Assembly (NCBI GenBank): GCA_964016885.1
Contig: OZ024745.1
Coordinates: forward strand, 45,260,001 to 45,324,000
Length of the DNA: 64,000 nucleotides
Direction of reading: 5' to 3'
From: Eledone cirrhosa
Taxonomy: Eukaryota
Part shown: positions 28,852-43,561 of the stretch, piece after piece
How the letters are laid out: each line of letters begins with the position of its first letter
How positions within the stretch are numbered: position 1 is the first letter of the stretch
The notes under the pieces: model-generated
Told to the model about the DNA's origin: nothing
The model's database searches: none
What the model saw: only the letters and a program-made list of their open reading frames with translations
Program-made: the position numbers and the translations under genes

Positions 28852-29267
28852 GTCTGTCTCTCTCTCATGCAGGTGATAGCACTCTCACTATTTTCCTTTC
28901 TCTTATTCACTCCTTCTCTGGAGAAAGGGCGAGACAAGGATGCCAGTGTTTAAGACTAAAATCCTTTAGCTGCTGATAAGATATCCTATAAATGCACCAA
29001 TCCATTGGTACGATATAAATAAGTAAAAGATGAACCGACATATGTATGTACATATGTTTGTACATATGTATGTACATACGTATGTATGTATATATATATA
29101 TATATATATATGTGTGTATATATATATATATATATAAATATTTATATAAAAATATATATATAAATATATATATATAAATCCATATATATAAATATATATA
29201 TATATATAAATACATAATCGGAGAAACCTAATAGCGATACTCCGGCCAAATTCCAACTCACTCAACA

Positions 29268-29367
<100 letters not shown>

Positions 29368-29466
29368 TATTGAAGTTTCCGTTGAAAATTGAAAAAGTCA
29401 TAGGAGTGAAGAGTGCTCTATGTAAGTACCAGAGCAAAATTTAATGTATAATAAACAATACAATAT

Positions 29467-29544
29467 AATTACCTCATTACCAGAGGTTTCCCGAATAAGA
29501 CGAATACGAAAAACGTCCTCATTCGTTCGTCGGACAAGGCAATT
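29467..29544 (-). ncRNA. Hammerhead ribozyme, family D (core CCGACGA)
   Basis: Minus strand: stem I AATTGCCTTGT/ATGAGGTAATT; core CCGACGA; stem II CGAATGAGGACG/CGTCTTATTCG; GAAA-CC-TCT-GG-TA. Confidence 0.65.
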
Positions 29545-30074
29545 TAAAACAGTGAAATATTTGAAAAGTCTCATCAAGAAATGCAAGAGTTTAACGGGCA
29601 AAAAATATATAAATAACAGTAATGCAAGAGATATATAAAAAAAATATAAGGAAATATAGTTAGGGTATGTGTATATGTATGTATATACACTCACAAATGT
29701 ACATATGTGTGTATGTACAAATGTATGTGTATGGTGAAAATGTGTGCGTAAGTACATATATGAGGGCAAGTATATTTGTGTATATGTGACCACAAATACG
29801 TATATAATACGAGTTGAAAAAGTAATATAGTTAACACGCATCCAGATACAGGTATTATATATGTACTTACGCACACATTTTCACCATACACATACATTTG
29901 TACATACACACATATGTACATTTGTGAGTGTATATACATACATATACACATACCCTAACTATATTTCCTTATATTCTTTTATATATCTCTTGCATTACTT
30001 TTATTTATATAATTTTTGCCCGTTAAACTCTTGCATTTCTTGAGGAGACTTTCCAAATATTTCACTATGTTTTA

Positions 30075-30152
30075 AATTGCCTTGTCTGACAAACGAATGG
30101 GGACGTTTTTCGTATTCGTCTTATTCAGGAAACCTCTGGTAATGAGGTAATT
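30075..30152 (+). ncRNA. Hammerhead ribozyme, family D inverted arm (core CTGACAA)
   Basis: Same fold. The two arms carry different single core lesions, so their consensus is canonical CTGACGA. Confidence 0.65.
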
Positions 30153-30173
30153 ATATTGTATTGTTTATTATAC

Positions 30174-30260
<87 letters not shown>

Positions 30261-30467
30261 CTTGTACATGCATTTTGAAATAAACGCATACACACACACA
30301 AACACACTCGCGTTTATGTATATATAAACTTACATATAAAGAATAAAGCGAGAATTGACGTGTTGGAAATTATTCGTTGCTGAGAATTGTGGATTATATT
30401 TCGAATTAAGGTTTCACTTTTTCTACTTAATGTTAACAGCTGCATGCAACATGCTCTGTTCTTTTTT

Positions 30468-30471
30468 AATG

Positions 30472-30506
<35 letters not shown>

Positions 30507-31122
30507 GTGTGTATATATATATATATGTGTATATATATATATGTATATATATATATTTATATGTATGTATGTATATATATGTATATGTATATATATATGT
30601 GTATATATATATATATGTATGTATGTATGTATATGTATATATATATGTGTATATATATATATGTGTATATGTATATATATGTATATGTATATATATATGT
30701 GTATATATATGTATATATATATATATATGTATATGTATATATAAATATATATGTGTATATATGTATATATGTATATATATGGATATATATAAAATGTATA
30801 TGTATATATATATATGTATATATGTATATATATATATGTATATATATGTATATATATGTATATATATGTATGTATATATATGTATATATATGTATATATA
30901 TATATGTATATATATATGTATATATATATGTATATATATGTATGTATATATGTATGTATATGTACATATATATATATTTATATGTGTACATATATATATG
31001 TATATATATATGTATATATATATTTATATGTGTACATATATATATGTATATATATATGTATATATATATTTATATGTGTACATATATATATGTATATATA
31101 TATGTATATATATATGTGTGTG
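30468..31122. repeat. (TA)n/(TATG)n compound microsatellite
   Basis: Directly visible. Confidence 0.95.
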
Positions 31123-32074
31123 TCCTTTCATCAATACATGCATACGTACTATGTACGTTGTTGGACCTGGAGTGTTCCAGTTGTTTGAGGAATAGAGCAG
31201 CCTGCTTGTGATATTATCGTCGTGGGTTCAGTTTCGTCCGGAGCGATGCGTTGTGTCCCTGAATAAGACATTTTATTTAACGTTGTTGTAGTCTACTCAA
31301 CTGGGAAAAATGACTTCCAACATTGTGTTTGGACAACGCCGATGGTATGGAGAGGAAAGACTGGAATACATGGACGGCTGCTGGTCTTCCGCAAAACACC
31401 TTGACCAGGTGTTGTGCTTTGTAGAGGAACTTTCCTGATATAAGCCCATGGTTAGTTATAACCGAAGGCTGTCTTTATAATAGGGAACTACACAACGTGT
31501 TTCTGGTTAATTTGAAATGTAAAATACAATCACAAATTATATTCTGATAGTTTCTTCGCTCGCTCACTTTGTCTATGGGATTCTTTTCCTGACACTACAA
31601 TTTGCAAACATTCAAAAGCAACAGCAATCGCCATCTTTTCTCTTCTTGAATTATTCCGTCCTGTTATTTTTCCTTTTCAGTAACCTGTTGCATTTTAGTG
31701 GTTACATTGCTTTGTCTGGGGTAAAAAAAAAAGAAAAAAAAAGAACGATACAATTTAATTCCATTCCAGTTTATTATGACTATAATAATTGTTTCTACTT
31801 TTGGCACAAGGCCAGCACTTATCCCAGTGTATTACTGGTACTTTATTTTATCTACCCCGTGAAAGGCAAAGTTAATAATGATTTAAAAATTATTTATTGA
31901 CCATTGGCAGTCAACGAGCAAAGAGATCTCCATTCCTACATAAACACGGAAACACGAACCATTAATTTAGTTATATTTAAATGTCCACTTTCTGCATTAT
32001 GTTATAAAATACAACGTATTCCAACATGATGTATATTGTGTATATAAGATTTATTTTGCCAGAGAATATTGTTA

Positions 32075-32480
32075 TTTATCTATCAATTTATCTGTCTGAC
32101 TGTTCGACTATCCATTAGTCTGATTGCCTGTCGGTCTGCCTGTTATCTTGTGTTTGCTCATCTGTCTGTTTATCCGTCAGTCTACCTGTTCGCCCGTCTG
32201 TCTGCCCGTCCGTTTGTCTATATGTCTGTCCGTCTATATGTCCGTCCGTCTGTCTTCCAGTCCGCCTGTCTGCCTGTCAGTCTGTCTGCCTGTCCGTTTG
32301 ACTATCTGTCCGTTTGTCTATATGTCCGTCTGACTGCCTGCCTGTTCATCCATCCGTTTGTCTGTCCATTCTTCTGTCCACGTCGGTGTCTGCTTGCAGA
32401 TCCGTTTGTCCGTCCGTCTGCCTGTCTGTCTATCTGTTGTCTGTCCATCCATTGCATCCCTTCTCCCATACATCTGTCTG
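32075..32480. repeat. Degenerate (CTGT/CCGT)n tetranucleotide repeat
   Basis: Directly visible. Confidence 0.85.
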
Positions 32481-32504
32481 CAGGATTGTGCCTCTGTATT
32501 ATTT

Positions 32505-32672
32505 GCTGTTGGACGCCATGCTTTGATGCATAGAGTTACGGCCCTTGCCATACTGAGTTCAAATCCCGCCTAGGTTAACTTTGCCTTTCATCCTTACGGG
32601 GTCGATAAAATAAAGTACCAGTAATGCACTGGGTAATTGCTGGCCTTGTGCCAAAAGTAGAAACAATTATTT
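32505..32672 (+). mobile_element. SINE (dominant family)
   Basis: gagttcaaatcccgcctaggttaactttgcc...agaaacaatta. Confidence 0.8.
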
Positions 32673-32744
32673 GCTATATGACAATATATCTGATTGCTTG
32701 TTGTAAACCATTAAACTGTCTTAAGTTTGTCTCGAACCAGTGCA

Positions 32745-32968
32745 TCAGGCCGGAGCTTATCCCGGTTTCGTGACTTTAAATATCTGAGAATACAAGACAG
32801 TCTATGGCAGGGTTGAACCCCCAGCTATTGCTGGTACTCATTTTCAGGTGAGTATACTGGAGCAACGTGAAATGAAATGTTTTGCTCAAGAACACAACAC
32901 ACAACCTAGCTTAGGAATTGAACCCACGTAAGTCCAACACCCTTACCACTAGGCCACGCGCCTCCACT
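32745..32968 (-). mobile_element. tRNA-derived SINE (second family)
   Basis: The reverse strand starts gtggaggcgcgtggcctagtggtaaggg (A box) ...GGTTCAATTCC (B box). Confidence 0.7.
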
Positions 32969-34134
32969 AAATATTATCAATACTTGAAAAATATAGAGGG
33001 TAATTTGTTTATGCTCTTTACCATATTATATGCTACAACCTCTTTAGTGTACCACAGTCATGCCATGAACTTACCTCGTGTTACATTGGCAAACAACGTT
33101 TATACGTAGCATATCAGATCGTCCTTATGAAAGAAAGAACAAAAATATATATAAAAATAAAACACAGTTTAATGTAATCTGTCTGCTACAAATTTAAATT
33201 AAAAGAGGAGTTTAACTTTATCTGTATTCTGTTGTTGAACACTTTATCGATTAAGCCACCTTCTAAAAATAGAATTATAAATATCGAAGTATAATATAAA
33301 AAACAAAATATAAAGATGTAAAATAAAAATATAATAAAATAAAATAAAATACTATCCGTCATCAGACTGCAAGTGATATTGTCACATGTATGATAGATAT
33401 ATCACTATTCAGTCGACTTTTCACAAACAAACTGAGAAAAGAGCGATAGAGAAACAAAACAAACAAAACAAACCTCATTTTCCATTATATGATACATAAT
33501 ACTATTACTGTTACATATATAGATAGATAGTTAAGAAGAAGATTGAGGATGTATGTATTATGTGAGCGTTAGTGGCTGTGGTGTAGTGGTTATGGTGAGG
33601 AAATTTATCTCATCAAAATGGACATGACAATTGTTGGGAGTTATAAAAAAATATAGAGAAACACTATCAAGCAAAACAAATGCCAACAGGTTATGAAAGA
33701 ATGATCAGAGAGAACATAACATCTGTTAGTGAGCCGTGTAGGTTCCACTATGTAGATAAACATAAACGAAGTGGCTTCTATCTCTCTATGTATTTAAATG
33801 TGTGTGGCGGCCCTTATAGTTAATAAAGAAATTATCATTGTTATTATTAATATGATTATTATTGTTATTTTGTAGTTGTCTTATTTTAATTGAGTGCTTT
33901 TACTGCACTACTGAGCACAACTCGGCTTAGTTCCGTGCAGGGTTTTATTTTGTTTTTGTATTGTCTATTGAGTTGACTGTAACCTACGTAATGTGACCAG
34001 TGCCTAGTGGTGCTATTTCTCTATGTTGTATTTATGTGTAAGTCCTAGGATTTTGGCTCTATATTTGTTTATATGTTTTTTAATAACTCCCAAGTCCCCT
34101 ATTATTTTAGAATATTTTTCTTTCCAGATCCCAC

Positions 34135-34169
<35 letters not shown>

Positions 34170-34170
<1 letters not shown>

Positions 34171-34385
34171 AACGATCGACTTTCGTCAAATCGGACCGAG
34201 GGAACAATGTTTCCGTTGGTCTTTCCAATTGCTAATACTATCTATCGGTCGCAACTCCAGGTAGAAGGAGCAACGTGAAATAAAGTGTCCTGCTCAAGGA
34301 CATAACGCATCGCCTGGTCCAGGAATCGAACTCACAACCTTACGATTGCGAATCCAATTCTCTAACCACTCAGCCACACGCCTTC
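34170..34385 (-). mobile_element. SINE; near-identical copy at 52951-53165
   Basis: Minus strand ggcgtgtggctgagtggttagag...GTTCGATTCC; shares the gatcgactttcgtcaaatcggaccgag end with 52951-53165. Confidence 0.75.
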
Positions 34386-34386
34386 C

Positions 34387-34433
<47 letters not shown>

Positions 34434-34449
34434 AATTCTCAATATTTTT

Positions 34450-35600
34450 TCTAAAATATATATAAACTATTGAGACTGATACTTTGATTTGAAAACAATT
34501 TTTTTCTTGGTGTCCTTGACAACAACATCAAGCATATTAGCTTTGATCTGGGTAGATTGCCATATTCCAGAGTAAGGTTGTGTTACCATTCTCAGATATA
34601 TTCTGCTCTATTCTTATACCCTCCACCCTTCTATTTCAATTTTATAATACTGAAGTAGTATACAGCGCATGAAAACGTCCTTCCCCCGTCTTACAGGAAA
34701 GTGGGCTTTACAAACTTTACAATTAAAGATGTGCTGGTGGGGGTCGGTTTGTGTCAGTGTCATTTAGAAAGGAATTTCGACAAAACGGATTGGGAGTATG
34801 AATATAGGCTAAACTTCCGGTAATACAGGAGAACACACATAGTGCGGAAGGCAGAAAACTCTAGGTACCAAGAAGTGTTTGCACCGATCACCTAAACATT
34901 TTATCATTTGCACCATTCAACTTGAAATCGTACATATGCAAATGATCGCTGATTGTCTTCCCATCGGTTTTTTATCTGTGTCTGGCTTACCATGCCGTTT
35001 AAAAGGGTTAACGCCAGAAAAGAATCTGAATAGAGAGAGGAGTTATTCTTGGATTGGTCTCCTCATAATATACATGAAATAAAAACTTGCTCCGCCTTTT
35101 ATTTGTTTTTGTAGAATTGTTTGCCATTTACACATGACGTGTTTCATACATATTTCTATTATTGTTGCCAGGAATGACGTGCTGTGAACACTGTCAAAAG
35201 CCTTCTGGTAGTTAATCAACGCCATTCTAAAATCAATCTTTCTATATCTACAGTCTTCGGTTACGGCATTATGGATCAGTAATTGATCTTTACAGTCAAA
35301 TCTACCATTGCAGAATTCCCTGCTTTCTTGGAAATAAGTTATTTTCAAGATGTTTATTTATTCTCCGTGATATCATTGCAATTAAGACTGTTTTCTATAG
35401 GGAAATAGGTTATGGGTCCGCAGGTTTTAGGCTTTACAGGTTCTTTACTATTGTGGCTTAAGAAAGGATTCATCTTAGTGAGCCAGTGAGGTGTTGTCTC
35501 TTGTTCCGCCACTATCCTATTAAATACTTGTGTAACCCTGTTAAAGTTTGGGATCTTATCATTTCCTGATGTCTTCCAGTTATTTGCTTTTTATAGCATC
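34450..35600 (-). pseudogene. Decayed R4/Dong-like LINE (RT and RLE fragments)
   Basis: DCKDQLLIH and INYQKAFDSVH (35190-35300); TLLWNMAIY/IKAN.LDVVVKD-like endonuclease remnant at ~34505-34600. Confidence 0.6.
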
Positions 35601-36813
35601 AAGACTATATCATAAATATGTTTATTTATGTGTATACTTTCATGTGTTTATACAGAGTAAGCTAGATGAACTGGGAGAGTGTATGATTAATAAATCGAAG
35701 AATTACTTACACCACGACCTTTCGCCTTAGCAAAATGCAAAAGACATTTTAGATACAAAGGTAATTGATTTACTTTATATCATCAGATATGTTGCAGTGT
35801 GCAGTGGAGGGATGGGGGTGGGGGAGGGGGCTAAAATTACACAATTTAACAGCGCCGTGACCCAATTATCAGCTGAAACTGGTTCCCTTCGCCCATTAAT
35901 TTGTTTGGGAAAGGTATTAAAACAACAAGCAGGCATTTCCCTCGATATCAAAACCTAAAAATATATGTCTATATAAAATATAATAATAATAATCATATTT
36001 AGTCTATATTATGGAAAAAAATACAAAACATTTGTAACACGTGTGTTATGTTTGCCTATTATACAGGTCGGAGAATATTAGAATATTTGATACGAATATT
36101 CTGTGTGAATTGATGTGTATGTTTGCGTGTTTGTGTATACAGATATATGAACATTTATATATGAATATAATCTGTTTGTCCATATGAATGAACACACACA
36201 CACACACATGTACGCGCGAGCGTGTTTGCATGCCACTGGTATATACAATATCATGCTGTCATGGATTATTGTTACCTGAAGTGTAAGACATCTAATTTTC
36301 ATTTGGATTAACCAGGTGCATTACAATACGAAGTTAATATGCTGGTTAGAAAATAAATTACCATTATGGCGAACCTATTTACGTAGCTTTGCGCTGGAAA
36401 TGTAATGAGATAAAATTTGTTGAATCTATATTGCATGGCAGTGGGGAAGTTGATTATGAAAGATGATGAAAGCAAGATAGAGAGATAGTGACTGAATGAG
36501 AGAGTGATAGGATGTGGAGGAAAAAAGAGAAGAAGTGAAAGAAAACTGAAAAAAGAGGGGCGTGATGCGGGGAGATGTAATCCATACTATTGACATTAGT
36601 GATAAATTAATGGCCGTTCATCATAAACACTTTGAAACTATATATTGTCACTATATTTTCAGTAAATGATGGACTCAATGAGAAGCCAGAACAAGCAGAT
36701 TAACTTCAGCTTGTTAGACACACGGGCGTTAATTTAGGGGGTTCACATTGAAGAATACTAAAAACTGAAAATGTGAATATATTTCATAACTGAATATAGA
36801 TAAACTGCGACAT

Positions 36814-36910
<97 letters not shown>

Positions 36911-37155
36911 ACACACACACCACACTCGCACACATGTAGTCAGAAACATTAATGAGGAAGTAGATATATAATAGCCCAGAGTATCACATTAAACCTTCTC
37001 TGAAATCTCGACTTACCAATGTGTAGTTTATGTTCATATACACACACATACACACACATACGCCCACATACACACACATACACACACATACACACATACG
37101 CAATAATTACGGCTGCGACATAATATACATAATATATATAGTCTCAAACATATAT

Positions 37156-37232
<77 letters not shown>

Positions 37233-37287
37233 ATATACAAACAATTGTGTCATCACACTCAGATTTTAGATTTTAAACACACCTTAA

Positions 37288-37334
<47 letters not shown>

Positions 37335-37354
37335 GGTTCCTCACCACACCTTCG

Positions 37355-37388
<34 letters not shown>

Positions 37389-37394
<6 letters not shown>

Positions 37395-37537
37395 ATAAAT
37401 TTGAAGACTAAAATCGAAAGAGGGGTCGATAAGGATAAATATATATCAAATATATAAGAACCGTAGAGCAAATATTTATTAAAATAACAGATTAAAGTTT
37501 AAGCAAAGAATCGCTGCTTTCACCCTTAATGGGATCC
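37389..37537 (-). mobile_element. Family E short element
   Basis: Reverse complement of 21157-21309, truncated at the same GATCCC point. Confidence 0.8.
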
Positions 37538-38289
37538 TGTGTGTATATATGTACTCACACATGTGATAGGGTCTCACATGTATAACATATTTAATTGAAA
37601 AACTATTATTATCCTTGCATGTAGAAGACAAAAACCTCATTAAGGTGTGTTTAAAATCTAAAATCTAAGTGTGATAACACGATTCTTTGTTATTTTAAAA
37701 TTTTAAACACCCTACGATCGAAATTGTGTCTACTAATTGTAAGGAAAATCTCAGTTAATGGAAGTTTTTTAAATTCATTATATTACTTATAAAATGTTTT
37801 GCCGAGGCGATCTAATAAAGCCGAAACATATCCGTTCGCTTTCACTGTTTGATTTTAAACGCAGGATCCACTTCTTATTGCATTGCTAATATTTTCGAAA
37901 AGTTTCGCTTTTGAAGTTATCTCCTTTGTTTGTTGATTTTAGATTTTACACTCCAAGAGGGGATTTCTTCTATAAATCACATGGAAAATCTTAGTTAATC
38001 GAAGTTGTACGTATCACTATATTATTAATGTGAAGCCCTACTGTATTTACAAAACTGCTTTAAGTTGGTAACATTGAATTTACAGGACATCGAAAGATAT
38101 GCAGAAATCACAGGTTTAAGAATTCCAAGGATAACTGATTAGCTTTGTATGTGCTTGGAGTTAAAGATACTTAATTTATATTTGCATATCTTTCAAAGAA
38201 ATGACTGAAGAGAAATATGAGAAGAATAGAGAAAAATGACACATCAATGATATGCATGCCGCATCGGAATCAAAATAGTGGTATTTACG

Positions 38290-38720
38290 GCTATATTTAA
38301 TCACCAATACATTTTCAGTTGCTTTCGATAACCTTATTCCATTTGTCAAAAGGCTTACAGATGCCACTTTTATAAAATTTCTTTGGTTTGATGTGAAATA
38401 AGAGACAAACTCTTTTTCAAACCACCTTTGATGTTAATCTAAATCCATCAAAAGAATTTTGTAAACTTCAAAACAAATCATAATAAGGAACAAGGTCGGG
38501 AGATGTGGTGGATGGAGTAATTTTTTTTCTAGCTGAGTTCTTTCTCTAGTAAGCACTTGGGTACTTAAAGATCACATTTCTCTTCACTAACGGGCGTTTT
38601 GTCCAAAGCTGTTTACAAATGCTAAAGGTTTTGGTAGTAAACCTCAGCTATGATTGTTTGATTATTGTTCCCGTGTTACATTCATATCACGCCACACACT
38701 TAAGAGTATCTTATATGAAT
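38290..38720 (-). pseudogene. Mariner (DD34D-type) transposase C-terminal remnant
   Basis: Minus strand HPP(x)SPDLVP (~38485-38520), SLQNSFDG, and KPKKFYKSGICKPFDKWNKVIESN, matching the mariner C-terminus HPPYSPDLAP...FY.SGI.KL..RW.KVI; frameshifted. Confidence 0.65.
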
Positions 38721-38958
38721 GCGAGTACCCCTCTCTACGAAGCCACAGATAAAGGTGCTTAACATCGTGATAAAGGATTCGTAATATCTTTATTTATGAA
38801 AGTGAATGCATGTACGTATGTTATAAGTTGTAGACCAGTGATTGGCGCCTTGGTAACTGAAACTTTATATAAGGCTATATGGTTTCATGGAGATGATTAT
38901 AGCTAGGTTACATGACTCTTTGTGATACTTTCAATAAGTACGGGCAAGGCCGCCTACT

Positions 38959-39037
<79 letters not shown>

Positions 39038-39043
<6 letters not shown>

Positions 39044-39229
39044 AAGGAAATGTGGTAAGGAACCAGATGGACCATAACGCACCAGAGTACTCAATACTTA
39101 GAGTAGTAGAGTGGGAAATAGGAACAAGTATGACCCCGACGGCAGAGCTCAAGCCGTTTCGACGGCTATTTCTGGACTCGGTCCAAAAATAGCCGGCTTG
39201 AGCTCTGCCGTCGGGGTCATACTTTTTCC

Positions 39230-39232
<3 letters not shown>
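39038..39232 (-). mobile_element. Family C hairpin element, copy 2
   Basis: Reverse orientation of the 15289 element; variants TAT and GCAGAG are present in both arms; an 8-nt deletion removes GAAA from the inverted arm. Confidence 0.9.
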
Positions 39233-39260
<28 letters not shown>

Positions 39261-40424
39261 GTATTATACACACATACACGACTTCAATTATCGGTGGGAA
39301 GTCATTAGCTTGGATTCAGAGGTGACTGGTGAGGCCAAGCTAGGCCTGGAAACTACTCCTACACCCACACACCCACACACATTCTCTCTCTCTCACACAT
39401 ATATATCGTAATTAGTAAAATCTCAACAAGGAGCCCACTATATACACAACTAATCTAAAGAGGGACCATATTTGCACAATTTATTGAGGTGCTCTGATGT
39501 CTCATCCGAATGTCCTATTCCCTTATTGAATTAATCTCTCAATGAATGTGTTTCGCTTGTATGTGAGTGACGCACGCGTAATGAAGGTTAAAGTCAGTGA
39601 AGTGTAATATGATCGACATAGGCGCCTGTGTTGTTAGAAGTGAGAGTAAGTAGGTCGTTAATGTACAAAAGGAAAAATACAAGAGACATGACCGAAGCTT
39701 GGAGTACATCAGTAATGAGGGCCGAAGAGAGCCTCTCAACATATGTACAAATAATTTCGGTACCTATCAGGAACTGTTTTCTACATCTAAATTAATATTA
39801 ATAAGCAATGACGGAACAAGTAAGTAGTCGGTTTGCTAAGTAAATAGCAAAATCTTCTTAAAAAAATTCCATATCGCATTATTGTTTAAGTTTCAAAACG
39901 TATGTCCATAAAAATGCTCTAAATAGCATATCCATATGACAGAAATGTTTGTTTGATTCAGAATACTGACGAAACGAAATTTATACTATGTACTTCTAAC
40001 CATACTGCTCAAACAGTGCTTGTAAAACAAAGGATACTACCCACGCATTATCAACAATTTGCTACATAGGTATATTATTTGAAAGACATAGGGTGATAGA
40101 ATGGCGCATCATTCATATTTTCCACAATGTGGTTAGTTATAACCTGGCATTGAAATCCTATCGTAATATTGACTTATCGAAAGATTATATCCTCTGCTAC
40201 AGTGTTCGTCACAAACATAATAATCCCTTGCGTTATCACATGAACAGAAATTTAAAGGGAAGATATTGGTAGTCGGGTGAATCACCTTTACTGTATGTCT
40301 GTTAAGTTTTTCATCGATCACGGTGGGATTTAAACACATTTGACTCTATGCCGTAACATTTTTGCCGCACTACCACTCACCACAACAACAAATAACAACA
40401 ATAACAATACTATTAATAATAATT

Positions 40425-40915
40425 CTTTGTAAACTTGGCACAAGGCCAGACATATTGGGAAGAGGAAAGTCGAATTTATCAACCTCAGTATTAAAGGGAT
40501 ATTTTATTTCATCAAACCCGGAAGGTTAAAAAGCAAAGTTGATATCGGCGGGACTTGAACTCAGAACTTAAAAAGCCCCAATAGATATCGTAAATCCTTT
40601 TTTCTGGTGCATTAACAATTCTGTCAATTCATAATTCTTAAAAATGTTTTCTAGTTTAGGCACAAGGCCAGCAATTTAAGGCGAGAGCAAAATCGATTGC
40701 ATCAACTTCAGTACTTGACTGGTTCTATATTTTATCGACGAAAGGGAAAGTTGACTTCATCGGAATTTAAAACCAGACTTTGAAGCGTTGATAATAGTTT
40801 CTTAATTTAGGCAGAATGCCAGCAATTGGATGGGAGGAAAATAATTAACTAAATCAACCCCAGAGTGATGAAAGTCAAAGTTGAGCTCGGCGGTATTTGA
40901 ACTCAGAACATAAAA
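40425..40915 (-). mobile_element. Cluster of three old SINE copies
   Basis: Three ggcacaaggcc/ggcagaatgcc...aaagttga...tttgaactcagaac-like units. Confidence 0.6.
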
Positions 40916-41205
40916 ACAACATTGGCTACTACAAATTACTGATTTAAAACAGGAACTTGACGAAAATACAAAATAATTAAACAAGAACTATATCCACACA
41001 TATAGAAGCAACCTGGCCGAATGATTGTTTCTATTGATTAAAACCAGTTACAATCTTAGTTTATGATGATTAACAAGTCTGATGAGAAGATTGATGCTGA
41101 ATTCTGGTCTATAACACAAATATGAACCTTGAGCCAATCATTTGTGAAACGTTCGTAACTAGTTTTAATCAATAAAAAAAATCATGTAAAACTTCATGTT
41201 ATTCT

Positions 41206-41273
<68 letters not shown>

Positions 41274-41692
41274 GTGCGTGTGTGTGAATGCGTGTGTGTG
41301 TGTATGTGTGTGCAAGTGGATGTATATATATATATATATATATGTTTCAACAATAGTTGAAAGATATATTGATAGAGAGATAAATGTTTGGGTGGATAGA
41401 TAGATAGATAGATAGATAGATAGTTAGCTAGCTAAGTAAACCAGATCTCTCTCACCCTTTATCTTTCAATGAGACTCTAATTTCAACAGTGTTTTTCACT
41501 TTATCAGTGATATTTCCCGCGTCGTGTTCAATGAAGGGAAGCTATCTCGTCGATGTAGCGTTTTGTTACAGAATCCTGTGACCAATCTCACAATTTATTG
41601 ACTAATCGCACCACCTACAACACTTCATAAAACACGCAACTGTATACGCAATTGTATAAACATACATGCATATGAATATACATACACACAGG

Positions 41693-41747
<55 letters not shown>

Positions 41748-41940
41748 ATATATATATATATAATATATATATCGCAATATAATACTAATGCGTAAATTCA
41801 TTTGTTTGCGTTTAAAGGCACTATGGCGCACACTCTTACACATCCACCCACATTCACACCCGCAAGTTCAGAGACTGTGTGTCTGTACATACATGTATGA
41901 AAAGGTATATATAGACATCTAGGTCTTTGTTTCTTTTTCC

Positions 41941-41994
<54 letters not shown>

Positions 41995-42954
41995 TCTAAT
42001 ATCCACACAAACCCACCTATACACGTTCACAGGTGAGCATATACTCGTATATAAGTATATAAGTGGTCTTTGTTTTATAATCTCAGGTCGGCTCCATCGA
42101 GAAGCATTATGATCGAAAGCATTCCAACTATGACTATTCCGTATTTATTTTTCAGCTTTAATGTATTTACACCTGAGTTATCCAATATATCCAAATTTTT
42201 TAATACGATGTGCTATGATACAATAGTGATTGTGCTGTTATTTCTAGCTAATTAAACGACCATGCAGAGCTTTCTTCACAAATTGTTGCAAGGTTGCAAG
42301 CGTTTGGGCTGATAATGCATGATTCATACTTATTTTATGAATCCCTGCAGAAGGGAAAATAAAACTGCTTTAGATTTGAACTCGGAAAAGAAGAAATAAA
42401 TACTATTTAAGCATATATAGTAGAATTCGTTACGATTTTTGTTACTCTTCATGATGTCAGGCTTTATCTAGTAGACTTTAGGAGGTAGTCCTTTAGTAGT
42501 AAACTCAACCCATCATACATTCTAACACCATCATCTTGCCCTAGGGTATCTTTCGTAGAATTCACACAGCTGTACGCTTTAAAGTCAGGACTTCGGGTTA
42601 AGGACAGCTTCGCCATGAAAAGATCATCAGTGTTTCTCTTTTGTTTTGTGAATAAGCCTTAAACCAATAACAAAAAGACTGAAATGCGCTTTCTCTTAGA
42701 ATACTGCTCCAAAGCCTGAGACATTGTTATTGCATCACACAGAAGTTATTAATATAACCATTCCATTGATTGGAAATAAGCATTCATCATGCTACTATAG
42801 CTTGACCAACAGACATCACGTCTACATCTCTAAACACACTACACTCCTTATCCATAAACTGTTTTAACTCATCAATACCACGCTAAACTGCAGTTCTTCG
42901 GAAATTCTTCCCTGCCAATATTTCATAGGCCAGATATTATTAATGGTAACAATT

Positions 42955-43542
42955 CTTTCTAAGATTGGCACAGTGCCAGCAATTTGAGGAGGGAAAATGT
43001 CGATTATATCGATCACAGTACTTAACTGGTACTTATTTTAACTCGGAATAAAAAGGACTGTAACTAATACCACAAAGCAATTGTACGACGCTCAAACGGT
43101 TCTGCCAATCTTCGTTCTTAATAATAATAATAATAATTGTTTCAACTTTTGGCACAAGGCCAGCAATTACCCAGTACATGACTGGTACTTTATTTTATAT
43201 ACCTCGTAAGGATGAAAGGCAAAGCTAACCTCAGCGAGATTTGAACTCAGAACGTAAAGTGCCATAACCATATGCCGCAAAGCATGTAGTCCGTCACTCT
43301 ACCGATACCACCCTTATGATGATGATGATGATGATAATAATAATGATAATATTTGTTTCTACTTTTGGCACAAGGCCAGCAATTACTCAGTGCATTACTG
43401 GTACTTTATTTTATCGACCCCGTAAGGATGAAAGTCAAAGTTAACATCGGCGGGATTTGAACTCAGAATGGCAAGGGCCGTAACTCTATGCTGGAAAGCA
43501 TGGCGTCCGACCCTCTACCGATACTGCCAATCCACCGCCCTA
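42955..43542 (-). mobile_element. Cluster of three SINE copies separated by (TAA)/(TGA) runs
   Basis: ttggcacaaggccagcaatta...gatttgaactcagaa...ctaccgatac repeated. Confidence 0.75.
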
Positions 43543-43561
43543 ATAATAATGATAATAATAA

